Shown here: positions 1-11,954 of the stretch, piece by piece
Numbering within the stretch: the first letter of the stretch is position 1
Layout: each line of letters starts with the position of its first letter
Assembly (NCBI RefSeq): GCF_963921235.1
Contig: NC_086097.1
Coordinates: forward strand, 156,242,001 to 156,306,000
From: Mobula hypostoma
Lineage: Eukaryota
Length of the DNA: 64,000 nt
Direction: 5' to 3'
Made by a program: the position numbers and the translations under genes
Notes under the pieces: generated by a model
Database searches by the model: none
What the model was told of the DNA's origin: nothing
What the model saw: the letters and a program-made list of their open reading frames with translations, nothing else

Positions 1-1101
1 TGCATGGAGTTGGAAGAAGTGTATTGGCATGGATAGTGGATTGGTTAACTAATAGAAGGTAGAGAGTTGGTGTTTCTCCAGTTGGCAGTCAGTGGTGAGT
101 GGGGTGCCGCAGGGGTCCGTGCTGTTTACCATTCATATTGATGATTTGGAAGGAGGGACTGAGTGTAGCGTAGCAAAATTTGCTGATGACACTAAACTGA
201 GTGGAAAAGCAAATTGTACAGAGGATGTGGAGATTCTGCAGAGAGATATAGATAGGTTAAGTGAATGGGCCAAGGTCTGGCAGATGGAATACAACATTGG
301 TAAATGCAAGAGCCTCCACTTTGGAATGAATGATAGAAGAGCAGATTATTATTTAAATGGTGAAAGATTGCAGCATACTGTTGTGCAGAGGGACTTGGGA
401 GTGCTTGTGCATGAGTCGCGAAAAGTTGGCTTGCAGTTACAACAGGTTATTAAGAAGGCGAACGGGATGTTGGGCTTCATTGCTAGAGGGATTGAATTTA
501 ATAGCAGGGAGGTCATGCTGCAACTATACAGGCTTCACCTGGAGTACTGTGTGCAGTTCTGGTCTCCATACTTGAGGAAGGATATACTCCCTTTGGAGGC
601 AGTGCAGAGGAGGTTCACCAGGTTGATTCCAGAGATGAAGGGGTTAACCTATGAGGAGAGATTGAGTCGCCTGGGACTATACTCTCTGGAATTCAGAAGA
701 AGAAGAGGGGATCTTATAGAAACATACAACATTTTGAAAGGGGTAGATAAGATAGAAGTAGGAAAGTTGTTTCCATTAGTAGGTGAGACTAGAACTTGGG
801 GACATTGCCTCAAGATTCAGGGGAGAAGATTTAGAACGGAGATGAGGAGAAACTGTTTTTCCCAGAGAGTGGTGAATCTGTGGATTTCTCTGCCCAGGGA
901 AGCAGTTGAGGCTTCTTCACTAAATATATTTAAGATACAGTTAGATAGATTTTTACATAGTAGGCGATTTAAGGGTTATAGGGAAAAGGCAGGTAGATAG
1001 GGCTGAGTTTACGGACAGGTCAGCCATGATCTTATTGAATGGCGGGGCAGGCTCGATGGGCCGGATGGCCTACTCTTGCTCCTATTTCTTATGTTCTTAT
1101 G
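1..1101 (+). mobile_element. CR1 LINE, 3' portion (RT C-terminal half, 3' UTR and microsatellite tail); runs off the window start
   Basis: ORF 92-1000 has [27 protein letters not shown] and FFSQRVVNLW-like CR1 RT motifs; ends in GGCCTACTCTTGCTCCTATTTCTTATGTTCTTATG tail. Confidence 0.95.
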
Positions 1102-1468
1102 ATTTTGTTTTTAAAAACTGATAAAATGATCAACTGATACAAATACCACGAGATTTGAGGGCCTTCACTTCTTCCTTGAACAGGGCTTAATCTTCCAAAA
1201 CAAACTTTTCATCTGGCTGAATTCTCACATTAATCAACTTCCTCCAACTTTATTCACTTTCGCCAGATTGAAGTTACATTTTTGGAGGTTAAATGCAGAA
1301 GGGAAATACAGAGTATACAGCGGGAGCATTGATAAACTGAGAGATGCTGGGTGAAAGTGAATAGCTTCTGAAAGTGGCTCCTTGTATGGCCCCAAGTATG
1401 GCTATTTTTCAGTGTAATATGTGGAATATTTTTTTGTTTCAGTCTTTTAAGTCTGCTCCTATCAATAA

Positions 1469-1742
1469 ATGCATTGGTGTTGTTGCACTCATAGAAAACT
1501 CAAAAATGTTATAATTTTTGTCAGCATTTTCCACCCTGCTTTCACCTCCACTTGGTACATCTCTGACTGTCCCTTCACTTTCCAGATCTCTCCATTTTTA
1601 CCTCAGGGTACAGACTCATCACAAACAACCATTACATGCCATCAGACTCCACAGGCATATAGACTTAACTTCGTCTACTTCGGCCTCCCATAAGGACGTT
1701 GTTTGATTTTTTCAGCTCCTCTGCCTTCTGTCACATTTGCTA
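1469..1742 (+). mobile_element. Degenerate Penelope-like element RT fragment
   Basis: CTHRKLKNVIIFVSIFHPAFTSTWYISD aligns with CTHAELVDFINFASTFHPALKFTWSTSD of the Penelope copy at 9810-11354. Confidence 0.75.
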
Positions 1743-2889
1743 GTCAATGTTGACCCGCAGGACAAAGGTGATGGAGAATTCAACACAGTAAATGTCAAAG
1801 GTTGGTGGTTGCGTCCTTTCCTGTTGGAGATGATTATTTCGCAGCTGTTATCTGCTGCTGATTTATACCTGAATGTTGTCTAAATCTTGATGCATGCAGA
1901 TGTGGACTTGCTCATTATCTGAATAATTGCTAACAGAACTATTTTATATTGTACAGATTTAAAAAAAAAATCCTGTAGACTGTCTACTCAGTTAGAATAT
2001 GTCATTGTGTCACAATTGACAGGTATGCAGATAGATAGATGACGGAGACTAAACTCTGTAAATAAGTAAATGTAGGCATATTGGAAGTTAAAAATTCATC
2101 TACAGTTCTATTTAATTTAAGATAAGTAATCATTGGCTTAAGGGCTGGTGGTTATAACAAAATCATCAGAGGGCAGATGACTCACTGAATCCTTTTCATA
2201 TTTAGAGAATATCTCATTATGAGATTGAAAGTATTTTTGACTTACTCAGTACGTACTGAGATATTTCTTGACAATAACAAATTCTGTCTGTGATCTTTAT
2301 TTATGGCTTTCTAAATTACATTTGGAGCAGCTAGACTGAAATGTTTTCCCCAAAAGTTTATTGAATTCCAGTGAAATATTTTAATGGTGTATTCACAAAG
2401 GGATAAATGATTTTGACAAGGTTGAGAATTTCTTCTTTTAGAATTTCTTTGAATAGAAATAGCAGATCTTCAAATATCAACAACTGCCCATTGTCATTTA
2501 TGTTGGTGCTATGATGTGCCCACATACTTATGTATTTCTTGTACTAATTTACAACCTCATTCTCAACTTATGAACCTACATATTGAAAATAAGTAAGCAA
2601 ACATTTGTGGACTAATTTTCTTGTCAGTACTTGCATGCACAACAGTTGCTAGAGGGGTCCTATTAATTTTGGGTGATTTATGGTAGTGAATCTGCAAATT
2701 GATGGAATATCTTAATCCAAAATTTTATGCTGAATAGATTGTAAAGAAATGCAGGAAAAGATTGTTAGCACGATAAATAAAAAAAAATGAACATGTTAGG
2801 TGTACTTATCAAAATTGAAATGCAAGAATAATCAAATTGCAGGTGGAAGAATCAAATAAAAAACAATATTACTAGATGAAGCATATAAA

Positions 2890-3051
2890 TATCGATGAAG
2901 AGGCCAAGAACTTGAAGCTTATTGACTAGTTTTAAGGGCATGATAGTATTGAATGCCAAGCTGTAGTTGATAGAGCATCCTGATGTATGCATTTTTGCTG
3001 TCCCTTTGAGTAAAGAGCAAATGAAATGGCGTCTGCTGTGGAAGTTTTGTC
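2890..3051 (-). mobile_element. Old Rex1/Babar-like LINE RT fragment, left part (split by the BEL/Pao insertion)
   Basis: Minus strand reads STADAIS...YIRML.INYSLAFNTIMPLKLVNKL (frameshifted); continues colinearly at about 13162. Confidence 0.65.
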
Positions 3052-3300
3052 TGTAGGAGCCATGTATCTATTTTCTGCCTGTACAGTATTGCATTTTGTG
3101 GTGCTTTTAATATGGCAATCTGTTACGTGGGTTGGGGGTGTTAGAAATAAATGAGTGTAGTTTTGTATTCACGCTTTGTCTTAGTTTAGTTTCACCTATT
3201 GGAGAGAGGTGAACTACGGAGAATATTATTTGTTGACCACTATTTGGAACATTATAAAGACTGCTTACTATGCTAATTTGAACAATATTTTACTGTTTAT
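3052..3300 (+). repeat. 5' LTR of BEL/Pao copy 1 (3' part apparently deleted; end approximate)
   Basis: About 220 bp aligns with 11955-12177 and with the reverse complement of the LTR ending at 46373. Confidence 0.8.
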
Positions 3301-3837
3301 TAAGCTAACTTTGTTATTTCATTGGCTACCTTCCATCAGACAGTCAGTGCTGAGGCAAGTGAATGACAGCCTATGTAAACGCAAGCACTCCCAGACAGAA
3401 GCACCTACAAATGTATACTGAGAATGTCACCTTGACCTGTGATGAAATGTCTGCAAGCTAATTGCAAAGTTCGGTGAACAGAATAACCTCAGACGTCTTT
3501 ACCTGAGCTACCAATATTCCCAACTATCCTAAAGAAAATGTCTTGCCTTACATCAAATTCCAAGGCATGTTTTCACTACGCATTTAGCAGGTAACTCACA
3601 GGATAATTTAAATGCAAATACACAATGCGTTAAATGTTAGTGTCAAATTTCTGTTGCAGGAAGAAAATCTTCACTATCTGCTATCTCCTCCGCACGCATT
3701 AAAACAGGCTGATAAAGAGGCTGATTTGGTTGCATTTTTGTTCATCACAATTATTGAAGGACAAACATGCTCTGGAAGTGCCAAGGGAGCAGCTACAGAA
3801 AAGGAAGAAAGATCTTAAGTTGGAGGAAGAAATTGCC

Positions 3838-5330
3838 ATATAGAACCATAGAAACTACAGCACAGAAACAGGCCCTTTGGCCCTTCTTGGCTGTGCCAAA
3901 CCATTTTCTGCCTAGTCCCACTGACCTGCACATGGACCATATCCCTCCATACACCTCCCATTCATGTATCTGTCCAATTTATTCTTACGTGTTAAAAAAG
4001 AACCCACATTTACCACCTCGTCTGGCAGCTCATTCCATACTCCCACCACTCTCTGTGAAGAAGCCCCCCCTAATGATCCCTTTAAACTTTTCCCCCCTCA
4101 CCCTTAACCCATGTCCTCTGGTTTTTTTCTCCCCTTGCCTCAGTGGAAAAAGCCTGCTTGCATTCACTCTACCTATACCCATCATAATTTTATATACCTC
4201 TATCAAATCTCCCCTCATTCTTCTACGCTCCAGGGAATAAAGTCCTAACCTATTCAACCTTTCTCTGTAACAGAGTTTCTCAAGTCCTGGCAACATCCTT
4301 GTAAACCTTCTCTGCACTCTTTCAACCTTATTTATATCCTTCCTGTAATTTGGTGACCAAAACTGAACACAATACTCCAGATCCGGCCTCACCCATGCCT
4401 TACACAACCTCATCATAACATTCCAGCTCTTATACTCAATACTTCGATTAATAAAGGCCAATGTACCAAAAGCTCTCTTTAAGACCCTACCTACCTGTGA
4501 TGACACTTTTAGGGAATTTTGTATCTGTATTCCCAGATTCCTCTGTTCCACTGCACTCCTCAGTGCCTTACCATTAACCCTGTATGTTCTACGTTGGCTT
4601 GTCCTTCCAACGTGCAATACCTCACACTTGTCAGTATTAAACTCCATCTGCCATTTTTCGGCCCATTTTTCCAGCTGGTCCAAGTCCCACTGCAGGCTCT
4701 GAAAACCTTCCTCACTGTCTACTACATCTCCAATCTTTGTATCATCAGCAAATTTGCTGATCCAATTTACCACATTATCATCTAGATCATTGATATAGAT
4801 GACAAATAACAATGGACCCAGCACTGATCCCTGTGGCACACCACTAGTCACATGCCTCCACTCAGAGAAGCAATTCTCTACCACCACTCTCTGGCTTCTT
4901 CCATCGAGCCAATGTCTAATCCAATTTACCACCTCTCCATGTATACCTAGCGACTGAATTTTCCTAATTAACCTCCCATGCGGGACCTTGTCAAAGGCCT
5001 TACTGAAGTCCATGTAGACAATATCCACTGCCTTCCCTTCATCCACTTTCCTGGTAACCTCCTCGAAAAACTCCAACAGATTGGTCAAACATGACCTACC
5101 ACGCACAAAGCCATGTTGACTCTCCCTAATAAGCCCCTGTCTATCCAAATGCTTGTAGATTCTGTCTCTTAGTACTCCCTCCAATAAATTACCTCCTACT
5201 GACGTTAAACTCACCGGCCTATAATTTCCCGGATTACTTTTCGATCCTTTTTTAAACAACGGAACAACATGAGCCACTCTCCAATCCTCCGACACTTCAC
5301 CCGTAGACAGCGACATTTTAAATATTTCTG
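3838..5330 (-). mobile_element. CR1 LINE, 5'-truncated and young, inserted in BEL copy 1 gag region
   Basis: Uninterrupted 428-aa ORF 4030-5316 ([40 protein letters not shown]); TTCTATG-type tail at about 3840-3855; BEL sequence resumes at about 5350. Confidence 0.95.
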
Positions 5331-8300
5331 GTGTACAAAATTTCTGGTGTATAGGTGTACAAAATTAATGTGCTAAGGTCTTCAAGTGTGGTGAGTGCTG
5401 AAAGTGCTCCAACAGGACAGTCCTATACACCTTAGTTCCTTTATTGAAGAGGCACTGAGGAAAACAAAACACTCAAAGTCAATGTTGATTTATTTGGCCC
5501 TCAAGTGTTTTTATTCATGTACAAGACCCCCAAAAGTTAGTTCAGAGAGTTTAGTTGCAGCCTGCACTAATGAGGCACTCTGAACCTATGTCATATCCCA
5601 TACCTCAAAGTGTTCATTGGGACAGTATGGGAAGCACTCTTGTTTCAGATGATAAGAGGTCAAAACTATTATTAATATGATTGGGAAGCAAAATGAAATA
5701 ACATTATTGGCACAACAATGCATTTCATCTTTACAAATTTTCGATGGCGATCCTTTGCAATATCATGCATTCATGATCGGTTTTTGAAAGAAGTGTTGAA
5801 GGCAAGATTAACAATAAAAGTGACTTGCTTTATTTCCTTGAATGGTACACAAGGGGGCACCCTAGAGAACCTGTCAGAAGCTGCCAGCATGTTGACTCTA
5901 ATAAACTATACATAAAAGCTAAGGCTTTACTACAGGAACATTTTGGCAAGGAACAGAAAATTGTGTCTGCCTGCATGCAAAATTTCTTTCTTGGCTACCT
6001 ATCAAATCTGAAGACAGGAAAGCTCTTCAAGACCATAGGACCTTAGAGGCTATTACAATACTATGTAAAAGTACAGTACATGCATGAGTTGGACATGCCT
6101 GCCAGTATGTCAATTGTCATAAAGAAATTGCCCTATATGCTTAGTGATAAATGAAGAATGATAGCCACAAATGTAAGATTATTTTCACTGACATTACTGA
6201 TTTTATTGAAAGGCAAGTAACCAGTATTTGTGATGTTTCATCACCGACAATAGGCAATGGTGTAAACAAAACTAAGTCACAATTATGTTCTAAGGTTAAA
6301 CGATGCAGCTTTGCAACTACTGTGGCCACTGTGAGAAGTAAAGCTAAAACTGAACCTGGAACTAATGGAAGGAAAATGATTTCATTATCCAGAGGTGTTT
6401 GTCTGCCTGTGAGGATGGACACACATTGGATTTGTGTCCTCAGCTGGAGAAAAGAGCTCATAGTGAGGAGATTCCCTTTCTAAAGGAAAATGGTGTCTGC
6501 TTTGCCTCTTTGTGTACGGGACACATCGGCACGGATTACAAGAAGCATCTTTCATGCGAAGTATGCAGCTGAAAACATCCCAACATATTTCGTATTCACT
6601 CTGACAGAATGGTGTGCAGAATCAAAACAAGCTGTGAAAAATGAGACACAGCAGTGAGTAGCGCCCTGGCATTCAATGGCCTTACAGAGTTGGTAATTAT
6701 AAACTTCTCAGAAATCCAGTACAAGTGACGTTTAAGAAGGGTAACAAGACGGTGGTTACTTGTGCTTTTCTAGATCAAGGTAGTACAGCAGTGTTCTGTG
6801 TGGTGGGCCTTATGAACAAGCTCAACCACATAGGAAAAAGGTCACGCGTTCTCTTATGCACCATTGGTCAAGAAAGGTTGTGAGTAGCTACACTGTTTCA
6901 AGATGGGGCTAGCTTAGATAGTGAAAACTATTGTGAACTACCTAACATCTACACTCAGAAAATCATGCCTGTCCACAAAGGGAACACTCTATGACAGAGG
7001 GATCTCCAGGGATGAGTCGCACCTAAAACATGTCCATTTGCCAGATATTGCTTTAGTAACTGAGCTGCTGATGGGGACGAATGTGCCTGAAGCATTGGAG
7101 CCATTGCGAGTGATTCGCAGTGTTAATGATGGACCTTAGCTATTAGAACAATCTTGGGTTGGACTGCGAATGGACCACTGAAAGGAGACAATGATAATAT
7201 GATGGAACAGACTGCACACAGCAAGAGCTGGCAGCTAATAGGATCTCTGTTTTGAAATTGGATAGGGTTGGCAGCAGCAGTTTGTCAGTTTTCCCTGAAT
7301 GCAGTCAGGATGAACAACCTTTTTGTCGTGACAAGACCAAAAGTTCATAGAGCTGGTTACGAATTCTACAAAACTGGCCAATGTCCACTACCAGGCTGGT
7401 TTACATTTGAGAAAGGAGGTTAACATGCCAAACAATCCGAAGACTGGTGAACAGCGTGCTCTAAATCTAAGGAAGAAGTTTAAGAAAGATTGTCATTTTA
7501 CACTGCCTATGCAGCTTTCATAAAGGGTGTCATCTGCAAAGACTATGCCGAAATAGGAACTGGAATACAGTGATGGGGAAAGTCTGGTATATTCCACATC
7601 ATGGTATTTATTATGCCAGAAAAGGGAAAACTTTGCAGCTGTGTCTGATGGTGGAGTGCCTTTTCGGGAAATATCACTTAATGTTCAGCTTTTACAGGGA
7701 CCAGATCTTACTAGCTCACTAATTAGAGTCATAACCAAATTCAGAAGAGAACCAGTGGTGATTATGATAGATTGAATCAATGTTTCATCAGGTTAATGAA
7801 GCAGCAGAAGATGCAGATCTGCTGAACTTTCTCTAGTGGTCCGATGGTGACCTCAGCCAAGATATGGTAGACTTTAGAATGGTACACTTTGGAGCAATTT
7901 CATCACCCCAAGTTCTACCAATTTCACTCTTAACACATGTGCAGGAGACAGTGAAGAGCAGTTCAGCTGTGAGACACTGAGTTAGGTTTTGCAATGCTTC
8001 TATACAGATGACTGTCTTGTGTTAGTGTCCTTTGAGGAAGAAGCAGTGTCAGTCTATTGTGACCTTGTATCCAAATGTGTTAAAGGTGGCTTTTGATTCA
8101 AAGTGGATGAACAACGGTCATAGAGTGCTAGCTGTGATAGCAGAAGAGCAATGAGTGAAAGACACGTGGTATTTGAATCTGGATCAAGATAGATCTTCAT
8201 GGAGAGAGTACTGGGTGTGCATTGGTACATCCAGTCTGATACATTTAAATTTAAGATCACAATCCAAGACAGACCACTCACCAGAAGGGGAATCTCTCCA

Positions 8301-9809
8301 CAGCTGGTTCCATCTATGATTGTTTAGGAATCCTGAGTCTGCTGGTGCTATCTGATTAGAAGATCCTACAAGATCTGTATAAGGAAGGGCTTGGCTGGGC
8401 TGACACTATAACATCAGTTGCTCATGAATGAACAAGCTGGCTGGAAGAACTCCGCCAGCTGGAAGACCTCAAGTTTGTTAGATGTTTGAAACCCTTGGAT
8501 TTTTGGAGCAGTTACTGCGGCACAGTTACACCACTTTAGATGGTGCAACTGAAGATGGATGTAGAGCAGTGACCTACCTATTGTTGCACAACACGCTCTC
8601 TCAGCTGCATAGTGCTTTTATCATGAAAAAATCTAGGGTATCTCCACCGACGTCTGTTTCCATTAATCTATGGAGCTCATTGTTGCTATGATGGCAAGCT
8701 GCATGGACACACTGTGGAAACAGGAGTTGCACGTGCAGTTTCTGGACTCAGTGTTTAGGATTGATAGTACTTCTGTGCTGAAGTATCACTCTTGTTCAGT
8801 CTGACTTGGGTGGAAAAACAACAGGGTATTCTTTGGAGAGAGAGATTGAGAAGGCCAAAGGTCAGATCGAATGAATTGTCTCTGAGGAGGACCTCAGAAA
8901 GGCTAAAATGGAGATCACTGTGTTTTGCCAAAGAAAGAGCTATCCAGATGAATTCCCAAGTTTGCAAAGGGGAGAAAAGGTGAAAAGAAAGAGCCATATT
9001 TTCAAGCTCAGTCCAGTACTTGAAGATGATGTCATGAAGATTGGTGGACAGCTTAGTGCAGCAGCCATGTCTGAAGTGTCTAAACATCCTGATATACCAG
9101 CAAAGAATCTCAGACATCATTCTGAAGCATGTACATCAAGAGCTGGAACATGGTGGCTGTTATCACATTTTATCCATGTTGTGCCAAAAATAATGGATTC
9201 CCCATACTAGTACAGCTACAAGAAGTATCCTGCCTGTGTGTTTGTTGACAGTTGTACACAACTCCAGGATGCCAGCACATGGCAGATCCACCTCTGGACA
9301 GGGTCTCTCCAAATGAACCTCTGTTTACATGTGTAAGAATGGACTACTTTTCTCCTTTTGAGAGGAACAGGAGTACAGTGAGGAGGTATGGGGTCATATT
9401 TACCTGCCTAGCTACATGAGCTGTTCACATTGAAGTGGCACCTTCTTTGGACACATTCCTTTGTTAATGTACCGATGCTTTCTGGTAAGAGAAAGACAGG
9501 TTTGTGAACTACACTCTGATAATGTGACAAACTTTGGAGCTGAGCATGACTTGCGAGAAGCCATTAAGAAATTGAATCCTTCATGACGACTAATGTCCTT
9601 CAAAAATAAATTAAGTGGATTATCAACTGCCCTATTATGGAAGAGACTGATCGGGTCTATGTGAAAGGTCTTCAATTCCACCTTGAAGGTGCAGAACATT
9701 GACAAAGAGGGTTTCTACACAGTCCTTTGTGAAGTAGAGGCTATTATCAATGGTTGTCCAATCACTAAAACATCATCCAATCCTAATGATTTGGAAGCAC
9801 TTACACCCA

Positions 9810-11354
9810 CCCAACTTCCTCCAAACTAAAGGTGTAGCTATGGGCACCCGTATGGGTCCTAGCTATGCCTGCCTTTTTGTTGGCGTTGTGGAACAATCTA
9901 TGTTCCGTGCCTGTTCTGGTATCTGTCCCCCACTTGTCCTTCGCTACATCGACGACTGTATTGGCGCTGCTTCCTGCACGCATGCTGAGCTCGTTGACTT
10001 TATTAACTTTGCCTCCACCTTTCACCCTGCCCTCAAGTTTACCTGGTCCACTTCCGACACGGCCCTCCCCTTTCTAGATCTTTCTGTCTTTGTCTCTGGA
10101 GACAGCTTATCCACTGATGTCTGCTATAAGCCTACTGACTCTCACAGCTATCTGGACTATTCCTCTTCTCACCCTGTCTCTTGCAAAAATGCCATCCCCT
10201 TCTTGCAATTCCTCTGTCTCCGCCGCATCTGCTCTCAAACGCATCTCCCCCATTTCACGCACATCTGCTCTCACTCCATCCTCCTGCCACCCCACTAGGA
10301 ATAGGGTTCCCCTGGTCCTCACCCACCACCCCACCAGCCTCCGGGTCCAACATATTATTCTCCGTAACTTCTGCCACCTCCAACGGGATCCCACCACTAA
10401 GCACATCTTTCCCTCCCCCCATCTCTCTGCTTTCCGCAGGGATCGCTCCAGACGCGTCTCCCTTGTCCATTTGTCCCCCCCATCCCTCACCACTGATCTC
10501 CCTCCCGGCACTTATCTTTGTAAGCGGAACAAGTGCTACACATGCCCTTACACTTCCTCCCTTACCACCGTTCAGGGCCCCAAACAGTCCTTCCAGGTGA
10601 GGCGACACTTCACCTGTGAGTCGGCTGGGGTGATATACTGCGTCCGGTGCTCCCGATGTGGCCTTCTATATATTGGCGAGACCCGACGCAGACTGGGAGA
10701 CCGCTTTGCTGAACACCTACGCTCTGTCTGCCAGAGAAAGCAAGATCTCCCAGTGGCCACACATTTTAATTCCACATCCCGTTCCCATTCTGACATGCCT
10801 ATCCACGGCCTCCTCTACTGTCAAGATGAAGCCACACTCAGGTTGGAGGAACAACACCTTATATTCCGTCTGGGTAGCCTCCAGCCTGATGGCATGAACA
10901 TCGACTTCTCTAACTTCCACTAATACCCCATCTCCCCCTCGTATCCCATCTGTTATTTATTTTTATACACTTTCTTTCCCTCTCTCTCCTTTTTCTCCCT
11001 CTGTCCCTCTGACTATACTCCTTGCCCATCCTCTTGTTCTCTTCCCCCCCCCCCCTGTCTTTCTCCCTGGACCTCCTGTCCCATGATCCTCTCGTATCCC
11101 CTTTGCCAATCACCTGTCCAGCTCTTGGTTCCATCCCTCCCCCCGCTGTATTCTCCTATCATTTTGGATCTTCCTCTCCCCCTCCCACTTTCAAATCTCT
11201 TACTAACTCTTCTTTCAGTTAGTCCTGACAAAGGGTCTCGGCACGAAACGTCGACTGTACCTCTTCCTAGAGATGCTGCCTGGCCTGCTGTGTTCACCAG
11301 CAACTTTGTGTGTTGCTTGAATTTCCAGCATCTGCAGAATTCCTGTTGTTGTTG
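9810..11354 (+). mobile_element. Penelope-like retroelement, 5'-truncated (RT C-terminus, GIY-YIG endonuclease, 3' repeat), inserted in BEL integrase
   Basis: QTKGVAMGTRMGPSYA...LRYIDD...LPFLD (RT); GVIYCVRCSRCGLLYIGETRRRLGDRFAEH (GIY-YIG); 8-bp TSD TACACCCA at 9802-9809 and 11355-11362. Confidence 0.95.
11221..11256 (+). ncRNA. Minimal type I hammerhead ribozyme motif in the Penelope 3' repeat (core G8->A variant)
   Basis: AGTC-CTGACAA-AGGGTCTCGGCAC-GAAA-CG-TC-GACT; AGTC/GACT form stem I. Confidence 0.65.
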
Positions 11355-11954
11355 TACACCCAACCATCTTTTACTTCTGAAGACCTCACCATCCTTGCCA
11401 CCAGGAGAGTTCCAAAAGAAATATTTATACTCATTGTAGATGGAAGCAGGTCCAATACATGTCAAACTTGTTTTGGAAACAGTGGGTAAAGGAATATTTA
11501 CCACAGTTAGAGGAAAATCAGAAGTGGTCAGGTATAAAGTTCACTTTCCTCCCAGGAGATATTGTGCTTGTAGTTGATGACTCAGCACCTCATAACTCAT
11601 GGATCATTGGAAAAGTCAATCAAGTCTTTCCATACTTAAGAGTATTTGAGTAGTAGATGTGCATCAAGACCAAGATCAGCTGTCTGGACAGGACAATAAC
11701 TAAGATCCGTCTTCTACAGGAGCAGAGGATTGAAGAGCTATATGACTTTGACTTGACCTACTAACTTGACAGTGGTGGTAAAGTCAGTCTGTACTGGGCT
11801 AAGTGCTGGTAACCTCTGGCCTAGATGACTGACATGACTTGACTGGAAGAAGGAAGAAAGAGAATGGTTATATAAATGTCAAGAACATTTCATGTCTCCT
11901 ATTTTTTTCAGTATGTAGTTGTAATTGTTATAGTGTAATAATTGTGGGCAGGGA

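Larger units (their letters stand above)
5700..11730 (+). pseudogene. BEL/Pao gag-pol polyprotein remnant (many stops and frameshifts)
   Basis: LYFLEWYTRGHPREPVRSC...AKALLQEHFG (gag), Cys/His knuckles about 6400-6600, AFLDQGS protease about 6765, LLQGPDLTSSL RT region, DLEALTPNHLLL and FWKQWVKEYLPQL...PGDIVLV integrase C-terminus. Confidence 0.85.

Noticed and set aside
4030..5316. 428-aa ORF as a host or domesticated gene
   Set aside because: Ordinary 5'-truncated CR1 RT with tail; openness reflects recent insertion
10107..11504. Multiple overlapping ORFs on both strands (e.g. 10107-10511, 10181-10600, 11013-11504)
   Set aside because: Alternate or antisense frames of Penelope coding sequence and its low-complexity UTR
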